A DNA stretch of 64,000 nucleotides from Blepharisma stoltei ATCC 30299 (lineage: Eukaryota; Protista; Ciliophora): the NCBI GenBank assembly GCA_965603825.1, contig CBFDEM010000043.1, forward strand, positions 124,001 to 188,000. The letters run 5' to 3'. The notes under the pieces were generated by a model. The model saw only the letters and a program-made list of their open reading frames with translations. It was not told where the DNA came from and searched no databases. A program made the translations under genes and the position numbers. Positions within the stretch are counted from its first letter, which is position 1. Every line of letters starts with the position of its first letter. This document shows positions 48,557-60,761 of the stretch, piece after piece.

Positions 48557-49792
48557 CTAAAGTTTTGGATTTAACAATTTTACTGTGTGCTTGCAAATTT
48601 TCACTATATCTTTATGTGGGACATCTTTATGAATTGGAAGATATAGCAAATTTTTAAACATTTCATAAGCTTTATCTGGCTTGGGACATTTTGATCCTTC
48701 AGGAACTGGGACAGCATATAGTTGTGATATCCCTTGATAAGCATCAATACCAGCATTATTTAAAGCATCATAAGCTTTAGCAGCATCTTTAGTAACAATT
48801 GGATAAAGCCAAAAAGTTCTGTCTTTTGGGTTTGACCCAGGCACTGTAACTCCACCTTTTATCAAAATATCAGTCCCTTCTTGGATGCTTTTCATGCCTT
48901 TGTAGAACTTTTTGTCGTCAAAATGGCTTATTCTTCTATATAAAAAAGAAATCATCGCAGTGCATGGTCTAAATCTATACACTTCTAAACCTTGTCCAGG
49001 AGCAAACCCTCTTAATAAGGAGACAACTCTTTTTTTATAATCAAAACCTATATTGAGTAAAATAGGTCTTAGTATATAATTCAGCCACCTTAAATTTAGC
49101 AGCACAATCCCTCCTGAGTATTTTATGACTTTTTTGAGATAAATTTTTCCTGACTGAACTGGGTAAGAATCATGTATTTTTCTTGCTTTCTGCAAGATCT
49201 CAGGATTATTTCTAATAATCATCACAGCGCCTTGAAAAGCTGTAGCATGTTTTATCGGCCCAAAACTGAATACAGTAACATCAGCATTTGGGTCTCCTTT
49301 ATAGCTTGGCCCAACATAGCCTTCAGCGCAGTCCTCGAAAATTGGTATGTTATACTTTTTCCCAACCTTCGCAATTCCAGCCAAATCATATCTAACTCCA
49401 TAAGTGAACGTAGCGAGGATAAGTTTTGTTTTATCAGTTATTGCTGACTCTAATCTTTCTGGTGTGACAGCCAACGTGTTGACATCGACATCTACAGGAA
49501 CTGGGACAAACCCATGGAGTTTTATTACCCTTACCATTTCAGGGATATTAATCGCAGTCATCAATATCTCTGACCCTTTCGGAATATTCAACGCTTGCAA
49601 ATACACATCAAAAGCTGTGCGCACACTAATAGAGACTATTACATTATCTTCATTTGAAAACGCCTTGGTGAGATTTTGCAGTAAAACAGCTCTCTTTTCA
49701 CCTGTATAGATAGCTCGTCTTAGAGCTCTGAGCCATTCAAATCACCCACAGTCAATGTTTAAGCATGCATAAGGGTAGACTCACCAAACCAT
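48557..49792 (-). CDS. DegT/DnrJ/EryC1/StrS-family PLP-dependent aminotransferase
   Basis: SVRTAFD..LQAL, VPVPVDVD, IFEDCAE, FSFGPIKH (PLP Lys), LYLPIH. The N-terminus extends to ATG 49792 through TGA 49781 and 49742. Confidence 0.88.
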
Positions 49793-49820
49793 ATTTATTT
49801 ATTCTACTATTAAACACGAA

Positions 49821-51935
49821 TTATTCATCAAATTCTTCAATGTCGCATTTTCCAGTGGGCTCTTCGACGTCTTCTTCTTCCTCGTCACTTTCTATGTCGC
49901 CGTGTGTTCTTTTTTCGCCGATTTCGTCTTGAAAAAGGTCTTCTGGGATTTCTGAGTCTATAAAAGCGTCAAAATCACCCATGCCGAGCCTATTTTCAGG
50001 GTTTATTAAGCTGTCTAAAGCCGTGTTTTTATTGTTGTCGAGAGCTCCAGATATGACTGAAAGCTTGTGCTGGATTTTAGGCCAGATGTACTCGTCAAGC
50101 GTTCCTGGGCCGAATAAATAGTGAATGTTGACTGATTTTTCTTGGCCAATTCTGTGCGCTCTGTCTTCAGCTTGGATCATGACTCCAGGAGTCCACGACA
50201 TTTCAGCCATCACCACAGTAGAAGCTGCCGTTAGCGTGATACCTTGTCCAGCAGCCAAAATCCCTAAAATAGCTACCCTACAATCTGTCATTGTTTGAAA
50301 CGCTTCTACACCTTTATACCTATGCTCCTGTGAGGTGCTGCCATCTATCCTTATATATTTAACTTTTTCCCTTATGGTTTGTTCTTCAATCATATCAAGC
50401 ATATCAATATGATGTCCAAATATAATGAACTTGCAGTCACTTTGGATTAAATAACTTACATACTCGCATACCCCTTTCATTTTAGCTTTAGCAGTCAAAC
50501 TGTAAGCTCTTGACATAAACATGTCGCTTTCCATTTTCTTGGCAGCTGCTTCAGCTTCTAGTCCACATACATCTTGGTTGACCTCTCTGAAATAATTTTT
50601 CTTTCTTTTGACTTCATAATAAAGTTTTCTAATGCTTCTGCAGTGTTCGTTAACGACCGGGATTTCGACTTTTTGACGTAGCTTGGCAGGGAGTTGACGC
50701 AAAACATCAGATTTAAGCCGACGGATCATGACGGTGTTTGATAATAAAGTATGGAGTTCTTTTATATTAGAAGCCCCTGAATAGTCTGTATGAGTAAATA
50801 ATATTTTGGGGTCACAATACCTTTCAGCGAAAACTCGGAAACTGTAAAATATATCTGGCCTAATGCAAGAAAGCTGTGTAAACAATTCAGCAGGCCTTGA
50901 CATAACAGGAGTCCCACTAAGCAAAATCACTCTTTTAGCTTTCTGCAGGAAAGGAAGCAAGCATTTCGTCCTTTTTGCGTTGTAGTTTTTTAAATAATGA
51001 GACTCATCAGCAATCACCACATTAAAATACTTCGAATTCAGAAAAGTTTCTAAATGAGTGGCCATCGTATATGACGCAATCCAGACAATCGCAGAGTTTT
51101 TCATGGTCCTTTTGCTTTGCAAAAGGTAAAAATCTTTTCTTTCTAGGTCAGGGATCCATTTCATAAACTCATCTCTCCAATTTAGCTTAATAGAAGCAGG
51201 GCATACTACAAGGACAGGCCACTCATCCCTATAAGCAGCTGCTATAGCTACCCCTTGTATAGTTTTTCCGACACCCATTTCATCGCCTATAAGAACTCTT
51301 CCATAGTGTTGTAAAGCAAATTGTACGCCTTCTTGTTGAAATGGATATAATTTTTCTAGTAAAGATTCTGGAAGATCTCCTGTTCTTTTTATGGTCTCAC
51401 AGCTATAATCGTGCTGGCATCGTTTTGTACTTAATGGGCGAGAGTCTGCTAAGCCTTTCACGACGAACTCAGGGAGTTCTTGAATTGTGAGACCTTTGAG
51501 GTTTCTGATGTTTTTTCGGAATTCTTGGTACATTTTTAGAGGGATTACTCAGCCGTTACTTTCTTTGCAGTAAATTCCTGCTGATTTTTGAATGGCGTCT
51601 CGTAAAGTTCCAGAGGCAAACATGCTGGTTTTGATTAGTAAATCGTCACGGGTAAAAAGCTCAAGGGCAATTGTGTTGTGGCACTCTTCTTGACGCTCGA
51701 GTTTTGGCATTTCTGGGGCAAAAAGAGGAGCGTTATCGTCGTCTTCGTATTTTGGCTCGAGTTTTGGAGGCTCTAATTTGATTGGGACGGGTTTTGTTTC
51801 GAGCTTTATTTTAATTTCTTGGCGATTTTTTTCGAGGATTTTTTCAACTTGGGCTGCTGTCAAAACACTGGTTTGGGTGCCTTTTCGTTTGAATTCGAAA
51901 AATTTTTGAAGTGCTGAGTTCTGGAGTGGGAACAT
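49821..51935 (-). CDS. SMARCAL1: SMARCAL1-like SNF2 annealing helicase
   Basis: LYPFQQEGV..AL...GRVLIGDEMGVGKT, DESH, LLSGTP, MIRRLK, RIDGST, QAEDRAHRIGQ. TGA 51549 at the HARP-like W joins the N-terminal ORF. Confidence 0.88.
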
Positions 51936-52404
51936 TAGTTAATTAATGGATCTAGCTAAAATGGGGGATATAGGATTAAAAATAGATGAGAATTTTTTTT
52001 TGTTTTGCTTTGCAGGGTTTATTGAGCTTTTTTTAAAATATAGGAGAGCTTAATGTTTTGATTAAAAAATTCTCATTGAGTTTTTGATAATTCTCATACA
52101 TAATTTTAAAAAAATGAAGTAAAATAATTATATATATTCAATAATTGCATATAAACAAATTATTTTATATATTAATTTTCCAATTAACGGAGAGGAGTTA
52201 GAAATCTTTTCTTTTTGAGTCCCAAAATTTAGCATTTTGTATATTATAAATTTCTTAATATTCATAAATGTTTCAATATAAAACTATTTCTACTATTATA
52301 TTTTAATTTTTACAGATTTATCAAGAGGGCAGCCTTCTTGTCCTGCTTAAAATTATAATAGAATTTTTTCTCTTAATTTGACAATTTAGTTAAAAAGTTA
52401 AAAG

Positions 52405-53283
52405 ATGTTATGGCCTAACCCAAATAGAGCATTCGAATTCAAGCTAAACAAGGCCAAGCAAGCCGAAGAAATAAGAACCGCAAAAGAGCAGCTTAAGAGA
52501 TACAAAAAAGAAAAAGAAGAGCAAGAAAAAGAGCAATCCCAACTCGCCATTGCTCATTATTTAAATGTTGAAGAAAAATACATTGAAGAATTGCGAAAGC
52601 GCTCAAAAACCAAACTAAATCGACTAAAAAATCACGTATCTTGGGCTGGAGACAACAAAAAGTCCAAAGACCTGATTTCTTCATCATTAGATGACTCTCA
52701 AAAGCAAACTGACACATTTAGAAAGCTAACACAACGACATAAAGACGTTTCCATACAATACGACACTCCCCTCAATCTCTACAAAAATAAAGCTACTGAG
52801 ATGTACTTCCCATCAGAGAAGTCCAATTTAAACTCTTATTTAAATAACGAAGCTTCCACAAATGAAACAGAAAACACAATTCGCCTACGCAGAGAAGGCA
52901 CTGAGCGCTTACATAGAAAAAGAAAAAATCTTACCCCTCCTGTGATTTTGAAGCAAATTTCTAATGATATGATGTTTGTGCATGTGATTAATGATAGGAG
53001 TCTTTCAATTGAGGATAAAAATTATCACGAAAATTCACAGCTTCATGTATTCCGAGATTTAGAGTTTGATAAGTAAAATATATTTAGAGGACTTAAAAAA
53101 AGCAGTGAAAGGCTGCAAAAAGAAAGAGAGTATTACAGTATGGTAAGACAAAGCTTTCCTCCGGTGCCGAATATTAAAAGTAAGATGGAAGTTTTGCTGA
53201 GATCTCAAAAACCGATTTCGCCGAAAAGAATAAAAGATATCAAGAAGATAAAAATTTCAGTCCTTTCTAGCATTTGTAATTAG
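52405..53283 (+). CDS. Hypothetical protein (one 15-nt intron)
   Basis: The ORF continues after the intron 53073..53087 to TAG 53281-53283. Confidence 0.7.
53073..53087 (+). other. 15-nt spliceosomal intron
   Basis: gtaaaatatatttag; contains an in-frame TAA; coding-like sequence resumes after it. Confidence 0.75.
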
Positions 53284-53639
53284 CAGTGATTTTTTCTATA
53301 AATAATTATTATAGATCTCAGTCTTGAGTCAAAAATTTTCAATTGATAGGAAACTAAAATTTTATTTGAGATTTTTGCTTATGCTAATGAATAATAAATT
53401 TAGTGGCTAAAAGGAAATGTTCGTTAAGTTTTTAGGCAGCCAAAAATTTCTAGAAATTTAGCCAGTAGTATCAAAAACCTATAAATTATCCATATAGTAG
53501 CCAATACCCGTCAGCATGGTAGATGCTAGTTCTAAATTATTAGTTTTTAGCCCTAATTATTATTACATTTAAAAAAATATAAAAAATAAATAGGCATAAA
53601 TAAGTTTGACACAACCTAAGAAATAAGAATTTAAATAAA

Positions 53640-54392
53640 ATGGTAGACAAGAGACCAACCCAGTATCGTCCCAAATCTGACGTATTTCTTATATAGCCTA
53701 TCCAAAAAAAAGTCCCAAAGAACCCTAAATACGAAGGAGTTACATCTGTCATCAATACAGGCAAAACAATGCGCCAGGTCGAAATTCTAAGCAACCAAAC
53801 AGTTGCCAAGCGACGAGGTGAGCTCTTCAGAAGAATTCGCTGTGGAACCCTTGCCAAACTAATCGAAGAATCCAGCACAAAAGAAAGCATCTACGACTTA
53901 GCCAGAGACGGAGAAGAAGTAAAAGAAATCGAAGACACTGCAAGTATTTATAGCATGGCCGTAAGTGAAGCACCATCTGCTTATTCTGTAGTAACAGTAA
54001 ACACCGAAGCCTTAGGCGTGAACCAAGAAACTGAATTTGTCGTATTAGATTTGCGTGACGAGGACGAGTATAATCGATTCCATATAAAAGACTCGATCAG
54101 CTTCCCTTCCCCCAATGTGACGAGAGACCGGATTTTGCCACAAGTTTTCAGACTGAAAAATCAACAAGGGAAGTTCATTATTGTTTACGCATGGGACGAA
54201 AGACCAGGTGTAGAAGCTGCACAAAAGTTCTCTGAAAGGGGCTATGAGAATGTCTATCTCCTTTCTGGAGGAGTCGAAGAATTTTGCAGATCCCACCCAC
54301 AGCTAATAGAAGGCGAAATCCCTGACCTTCCGCCTCTAGACAAGACAAGAAGGTCTTCTTCTTACAGCTCAACTGGCTTTTCAAGAAAATAA
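53640..54392 (+). CDS. CEP41: Centrosomal protein 41 (rhodanese-like domain), one 15-nt intron
   Basis: KKVPKNPKY..V.S.INTG N-terminal motif, ELFRRI, LDLRDEDEY..FHI..SISFP, ERGYENVYLLSGG. Confidence 0.9.
53682..53696 (+). other. 15-nt spliceosomal intron
   Basis: gtatttcttatatag; terminal TAG in frame. Confidence 0.85.
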
Positions 54393-54418
54393 CAGATTAA
54401 TATACCTAAAATATTAGC

Positions 54419-54772
54419 TTAATCTTTTTCTTTACTATGTTCCTTAGACTTCCAAATACTTCTTTTCTTTGTTTCATATCCTAATTGCTTACTTATATAT
54501 AAATTCAAATAAGTTTCCTCATCAATTTCTTTTCCAACTGAATCCAAAAAATATTTAGGCTCTAATTTATAGCAAAGTGTCGCAAATCTTTTCATCTGTG
54601 GACACGCATTTTTTAAGGATTTTATGTTCCGTGCATTGAGATTGTCTACACAATCGAAATATCTTTCTACCAAAACTGAACAGTTGATCATCTTGTCAGG
54701 ATTTCAAGGGTCTGGGTTCATCTTGTTAGGGAATTGTCTTTGCAGATATGTGAGCTCTAAATTTTTTGACAT
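54419..54772 (-). CDS. Twin-CX9C (CHCH) protein, probable mitochondrial intermembrane space
   Basis: ATG 54772, TGA 54704 = W; C-SVLVERYFD-C and C-PQMKRFATL-C. Confidence 0.75.
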
Positions 54773-54787
54773 AATTATTAATAGTTC

Positions 54788-56665
54788 ATGGAAGAAGATC
54801 ATAAAGAAGAGCATTTTACCGTTGCCGTAAGGGTCCGACCATTTGTGGCAAGAGAACTGGAAGGTGCAGCTCAAAGTGGCTGGGAAATCCCAGGCCCCAC
54901 TTCTATAAAAGAAGCGTCTGGAGAAAGAATGTTCATATATGACAATGTTTTTGACCAAAATACAAGCACACAGATTTTATATGAAGAAATATGTGAAAAA
55001 GTCATATGGAAAGCTTTACAAGGCTACAATGGGTGCATCTTCTGTTACGGACAAACTGGAAGCGGCAAAACTTTCACCATGCAAGGGTCTCGAAAAGACA
55101 ACCCAGGGATCGTCCCATTAGCAATTGATACAATATTCACTTATATCCAGCAGACTCCTGATAAGAGTTTCTTACTTAGATGTTCCTATTTAGAAGTCTA
55201 CAATGAGTGTGTAAACGATCTATTGAACCCTAATCTTTTAAATCTTCAAATACAAGAAGATAAGCAGGTATCTTTTAACTAGAGTGGTGTAAAAGTAGCA
55301 GGGGCAACAGAAACAGTCTGCACGTCTGTCAACCAGGTAAATTCTTTGCTTTATATGGGAGAAACACATAAGCAAATAGCTAGCACAAATTTTAATATGA
55401 GGAGCTCAAGGTCACATACGATTTTTAGGATGATTATTGAGTCCAAAAATAGAGAATATGGGAATGCTGATTTAAATGTGGCGACGCTAAATTTGATAGA
55501 TCTAGCAGGCAGTGAAGGGGCTAATGTGCATGGGACTGCAGCTTCAATACATAGGACTAGAGAAATGAGCTTTATTAACAAGGTAAAAAATATATAGAGT
55601 CTGCTTACCCTTTCAACTGTAATTATGAGGCTAAGTGACAAAACAAATAATGCTCCTATACCGTATAGAGATAGTAAACTAACAAGGCTGCTTCAGCCAT
55701 CACTTGATGGAGAATCCAAAGTCGTGATTATTTGTAATATTTCTCCAAGCCTAGATGCCTATGAAGAATCTTTATCTACCCTTAAATTCGCCCAGAGAGC
55801 TAAAAAAATCAAACAAGTGATCGTGAAAAATGAAGTGATTGACAGCAAAGCGCTTATAACAAAATATGAAGCTGAAATAAAAACCCTACAAGAAAAACTG
55901 AGAGAAATGGAAATTAAGCTAGCTGAGGAAGCAGGTAACCAAGGATATAAAGAAGCAATGATCAAAATGGAAATGAAACTTCATACAATCCAAGAAGAAA
56001 AAGACCAACTGGACTCAAAAATGGAAAATCTAGTCCAGGAGAAGCTTGAGCTACAAAGTGAGCTGGAAAGGCTGAGGTCGATGATTTTAGTTTCAGAAAA
56101 TGTCAGATTAAATACAGAAAGTGAAATTTTCACAGAAAATAACTCAAAGCTAAATGATAGAAGAAGAGTCCGTTTAAGTGTAATGAGAGATAGCACCCCA
56201 GGAAGCCGACAATCAATAGCCAGAATTTCTTATAAGCCTTCAGAAATCTTATTTAAATCAAATAATGATGGCTTAAGAAAGTTCCCAACTGTTGATGAAA
56301 GCAAAGTTCCTGACATTTCAGATTCAGGTGAGTTTAGAGAAACAATGCTGCTTGATAAGCTTGATAATTTAAAAGAACTGTTAGAAAGTGAAGAACCTTT
56401 AGAAAGAATGTCAATGATGCTGACTCCACAAGAAATCGAAGAAGCAAGGGATTCTATAAGACAGTCAGATGCCCAGGAAAATAAAGAAGCCCCGAAAATT
56501 GATTTTATGGCAATTATTCAAGAACAAGATGGGCTGATACAGAATTTTCAAAATATAATTGAAGAAAAAGATGAACAAATTGCACTGCTTAAGGATGAGC
56601 TAGAGCTATGTAGAGGTAATCTTGCAAGAATTCAAAAACAGCTTAAACAAATGAAAACTAAATAA
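54788..56665 (+). CDS. Kinesin-7 (CENP-E-like) motor, two 15-nt introns
   Basis: VAVRVRP, GQTGSGKT, SYLEVYNE, N..SSRSH, DLAGSE, INK|SLLTL, PYRDSKLTRLL. Confidence 0.93.
55268..55282 (+). other. 15-nt spliceosomal intron
   Basis: gtatcttttaactag; removal gives EDKQ|SGVKVAG. Confidence 0.9.
55583..55597 (+). other. 15-nt spliceosomal intron
   Basis: gtaaaaaatatatag; removal restores the kinesin INKSLLTL motif. Confidence 0.95.
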
Positions 56666-56682
56666 TTAATTATAATCCTTAT

Positions 56683-57489
56683 ATGGAGAAATTAACAAAC
56701 TATGATGATAGCTTGCGCTATCCATTGAGAAATGGCTTTGCAGGTAGAAGTTTGCTTGTGGAAAGGCCAAAAACTCAGATGGAGCAAAGAAAGACCACGC
56801 CTCTGCCAATTAGCTTTGATAACTTCCAAGCACAACAAACTTTTGACTATAACACTTATCAGTATAATGGAGGAGTTTTTGAAATAAAAGACCAAGAATT
56901 TAATTTTGCAGAAAAGGCGAACCAGAATAGGTGGATAATTAGGCTTTCTCCAATAGAAAAAAGAGTATCTATGGGTAAGCAACATTTAAAACCAAGCAAC
57001 AATGAAAACCACCTAAACATCAAAAATATTATTGAAAAATCACTAAAAAAAGCAAGAAAAGCTAAAAAACTAAAAGCAGCAGCTCTTTACACAGTTAAAA
57101 GAGAAAAAATGGACCCTAATAAAACTTTTGATTCAAATAGATCTCGGCACAAAAAGAAAAAATCTCTATCCTCCAAAAATGATAAAAATAATCTCACAAA
57201 TCCTTATAGAGGCTTCTTAAATAGAATCCCAACTCTTAACAACCCCTACAAGCGGGCCAGCAAATCTCGCTCAGGCTCCCTTTGCAGTGAAAATTTAAAT
57301 CCTAAATCCAAATCCTACAGAGAATCTCTCCACAAAGAAAGTGAGAAATATTTTAACGGCGTCCAAGAAATTATTAATTATCTCCCATACCCTTATAAAA
57401 GAGCTATTAGACATAGAGATTCTAAAGAAAGTGTCTTCACTGACTCTTCTGAAGAAGATCATCTATTAAATAGCAAGCTAAATCCTTAA
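56683..57489 (+). CDS. Hypothetical basic low-complexity protein
   Basis: 268-aa ATG..TAA ORF. Confidence 0.7.
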   Translation: MEKLTNYDDSLRYPLRNGFAGRSLLVERPKTQMEQRKTTPLPISFDNFQAQQTFDYNTYQYNGGVFEIKDQEFNFAEKANQNRWIIRLSPIEKRVSMGKQHLKPSNNENHLNIKNIIEKSLKKARKAKKLKAAALYTVKREKMDPNKTFDSNRSRHKKKKSLSSKNDKNNLTNPYRGFLNRIPTLNNPYKRASKSRSGSLCSENLNPKSKSYRESLHKESEKYFNGVQEIINYLPYPYKRAIRHRDSKESVFTDSSEEDHLLNSKLNP

Positions 57490-57520
57490 TTTAAAAATGT
57501 TAAAATTATATTAATAAGTT

Positions 57521-58480
57521 ATGCTTGAAGATCTTTATAAAATCCCTGAAGTCAGCGCATTCCTAGCTTGGTTTCCTAGAGATCAATGGAGAAGCTGCAT
57601 TGAAGTTAGCATTATCCTTGGCATCAAATGGGTATTCAAACGATTTCCTAATGGCTGCACTTTTAATCAGCTTAAGCTAGAAGCAAATTTTTCTAAAAAT
57701 AAAGCAAATATTTCTCAAACCCGGAAAAGCTCAACTGAAGTAAAATACAAGCCAAGCAGGAATTCTTTCAGTAATGAAAAGATTTCTGACAATTTAATTG
57801 ATTACTCTCCAAAGGAGCTAATGAAACACGCAAAAACAATGAACCAGCAAAAGGTTCCAAGCCATCTTCGATATGTAAGTTCAAAAATTAAAAACGAAGT
57901 CCATAAAGATATAGCTCTATACAAAATTAAAATGAATTCGTCAAGAAATTCTCTTGTAGAAAAAAGCACTGAAATTGAAAAAATGAGCAGCGGAGTACAG
58001 ACAGAAAGAACTTCTGAGTTGCCTATAAATGCGATTGTTGATTTTGTTCCACAAGGAAATAATGAAGATGTATATTTCAGCCCAACTGGGCCTTTAAAAG
58101 AGAAAAATAGGCAGAAGAGCCATAAACACCATCATAAACATCAGAAGAAAATGATAATGACTGAAGGGATAAAAGAGCCGAATACGATTTCTATTGAGGA
58201 CGCACAAAATATCTTTATTCATTTACCGTCTGGAAAAAATAGCCCTTTGCAGCCAAATAGTGGCGTTGTGAGATCGCTTGATTTGAGTGGCAGTGATAAA
58301 AGTGTTATGGAAATTGCTGACAAATTTTTGAGTAATCCGATGGCTTCTTATTTAGCAAAAGATAAAGGGACGAGTTCTGGTTTTAATTCTCCGAAGTTCT
58401 TAGAGCGGCTTTTCATTCCGAATAGTAATCCTATTTCGAGAACTGGAACAGCAAGTCCTTCATATTTAGCGGAATTATAA
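57521..58480 (+). CDS. Hypothetical protein
   Basis: 319-aa ATG..TAA ORF. Confidence 0.7.
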   Translation: MLEDLYKIPEVSAFLAWFPRDQWRSCIEVSIILGIKWVFKRFPNGCTFNQLKLEANFSKNKANISQTRKSSTEVKYKPSRNSFSNEKISDNLIDYSPKELMKHAKTMNQQKVPSHLRYVSSKIKNEVHKDIALYKIKMNSSRNSLVEKSTEIEKMSSGVQTERTSELPINAIVDFVPQGNNEDVYFSPTGPLKEKNRQKSHKHHHKHQKKMIMTEGIKEPNTISIEDAQNIFIHLPSGKNSPLQPNSGVVRSLDLSGSDKSVMEIADKFLSNPMASYLAKDKGTSSGFNSPKFLERLFIPNSNPISRTGTASPSYLAEL

Positions 58481-58710
58481 TAATTTAATAAAAATTTAAA
58501 GAGGATATTTCTGCCAAACCCATTTTACATTGATTTTTGAAAAAAAATTAAAATATGCATTTTTAATTAATGGCACTTTAATTTGGCCTTGATTTTTAGC
58601 ATATTTTAATTTAAAATACATTTAGAATTATAATAGTTAAAAAGATCTAATATCATTATAGTGTGGTAATAAAATCTTATCTCTGAATGCACTAATTAAA
58701 AATATTACAA

Positions 58711-60051
58711 TTAATCTTCAATTTCCTGATCAATATAAATCATTTCACTTCTTTTAAGGCAGCACCAAATCAATCCTATTGATAAAATCAGCACTATAAT
58801 AAGCAAGAGAAATATGATAGATACATAAATCAGTCTTTCTTCGTTAGAAACTGATGATAATTCCCCATTTGCAGTTGGAGAATCATTGTCAATCGGGGTC
58901 TCTTGAGTTTCTTCGTTCTCTATCTTTCCTTTATTTAATGATTTAGCCAAGCCAATTGATTTTTCTTCTATGTCAAACACGATATAATAGTTTTTCAAGA
59001 AAGGATGGCCCAAGCTTCAGAATAAATTTTGCGATTTTTTTATTAATACTAAGAGGACGTTACCCATTTGATCATCAACTATCTCTCTCAAATAAGTTGA
59101 AGGGTCAATAGAATACTCCTGAGATTCAATGTACACATATAAAATTGGATAAGGTTCCTTATTATTAGGCATTATAGGACATCTAATGCTATCTATCGCT
59201 TCCCAGCAATAATATGTGTACAATAAATATTTATAAAGCTCTTCAATTTGTTTTTCTGGGCCTAAAATTGTATCAATTCCTGTATGAATCAAAGCAAGCT
59301 GATTTTCACAAATTTTAACATGCCCAAACATTATCAAGCTTACCTTAATTTTTCAGTCGTCATTTTCAGCTATCTCTACATCAGCAAAACTGTCCTCAAC
59401 TGCATATTTCTTCAGGTCATACCCTCCAAAAATAATATTAGACGCCATTTTGGACTCATCTTTGCTTAAGAAAATTGAAAATGCTGAGCTTTCAGCAGAT
59501 TGATATATTTTCAAATTTTCTGGAAATGTCCTATAAGACCAGTTTTTTAACCCAAGTCCTAAATATCCATCCACATTGGACTCTGGGAGGATTATCTCTG
59601 TATCCCCAAACCCTAATAAGAAAATTTGATTGACTTGATCTTTGGAGTTATCAAGGCTCATAAGGTCAGAACTTAATTTTGACGTCGTCGAAAAATTTTC
59701 AAAGGAAAAATCGTTTAACTTGCTTTGAAACCTATAAGAGGAAGAAGCAGTTCGATTGAATAAATGCTCAGGTTTTTTACAGCCAGGACACCGCTGTTCT
59801 GATATAAATGTCCAAGATGAGGCCGTATTGATGAGGAGCTTAAAAAATTGAGGAGGAGTTCCAATCTTCACAGATATGCTGTATTCTGATATTCAATTTT
59901 TTGAGAAATTCTCCATAGAAGTGGGTGAATTAGATATTGTTTGAATATTTTTTGAGCTTGATGTAGATGATTGAGCTTTGGTTTCGTGAACCTCTAATGG
60001 GATATAAGTATAGCATGCTGCTTGAAAAAATAAGGAGATTAAAAGCAACAT
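58711..60051 (-). CDS. Pepsin-family (A1) aspartic protease homologue, catalytically degenerate, signal peptide + C-terminal TM
   Basis: Y..SVKIGTPPQ.F.L.INTASS, F...ASSSY, DGYLGLG, FSIFL, IIFGG, ALIHTG, W.LGHPFLKNYYIVFD....IGLA. TGA 59893, 59353 and 59017 = W. Confidence 0.9.
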
Positions 60052-60234
60052 TTATAGATATAAATATTCTTATTAAAGAAATAAATTTTCATTTTAGCAA
60101 GTTTTATTAGCTTTTAAAGATCTACTTAAAAACTTAGCTTAATTCATTATTTATTTTAAATGGTCTCTACTAATCAATTATATAAAAATCATTATTGAAT
60201 TATTTTTCCCAATGACCTCTGATTTTTAATTAAA

Positions 60235-60675
60235 TTAATTCGACCCAGTTGAACCAAATCCTCCATCTCCTCTTACAGTCTCATTCAGATCAGCAACTTC
60301 TACAACATCTGGAACTTCGATTTTTTCAATAATCAATTGTGCAATTCTCATCCCAGGATTCACAGCGAAATCTTGATCTCCAAAATTAAAGAGAACAACC
60401 CCTACTTCACCTCTGTAATCACTATCAATTACGCCAGCGCCCACATCAATCCCAAAATTCACAGCAAGCCCGCTTCTAGGAGCTACTCTTCCATAATGGC
60501 CTCGAGGAACCGCAATTGCAATTCCTGTCTTTGCAAGGCCTCTTCCTTTACTTGGGATTATAAGAGGCTCTGAAGCATACAAGTCAAGACCTGCTGCTTC
60601 AGAAGAGCCACGGGTTGGGAGCATGGCGCGCTCATGCAGTCTTTTTACAGGAAGTCTGTCTATCATTTTAAGCAT
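60235..60675 (-). CDS. DUT: Trimeric dUTPase
   Basis: [41 protein letters not shown]. Confidence 0.97.
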   Translation of the reverse strand: MLKMIDRLPVKRLHERAMLPTRGSSEAAGLDLYASEPLIIPSKGRGLAKTGIAIAVPRGHYGRVAPRSGLAVNFGIDVGAGVIDSDYRGEVGVVLFNFGDQDFAVNPGMRIAQLIIEKIEVPDVVEVADLNETVRGDGGFGSTGSN

Positions 60676-60761
60676 CCCGCTAAATTATTAGTAACAACAT
60701 ATATATTTTATGAATATTTTAATAGAAATAATTAATTGCAGTGTTTTAAAAATTTTATAAT

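Noticed and set aside
53504-53530. atacccg plus small hairpin, reminiscent of a ciliate telomerase RNA 5' end
   Set aside because: No telomere-template sequence follows; the match is too short.
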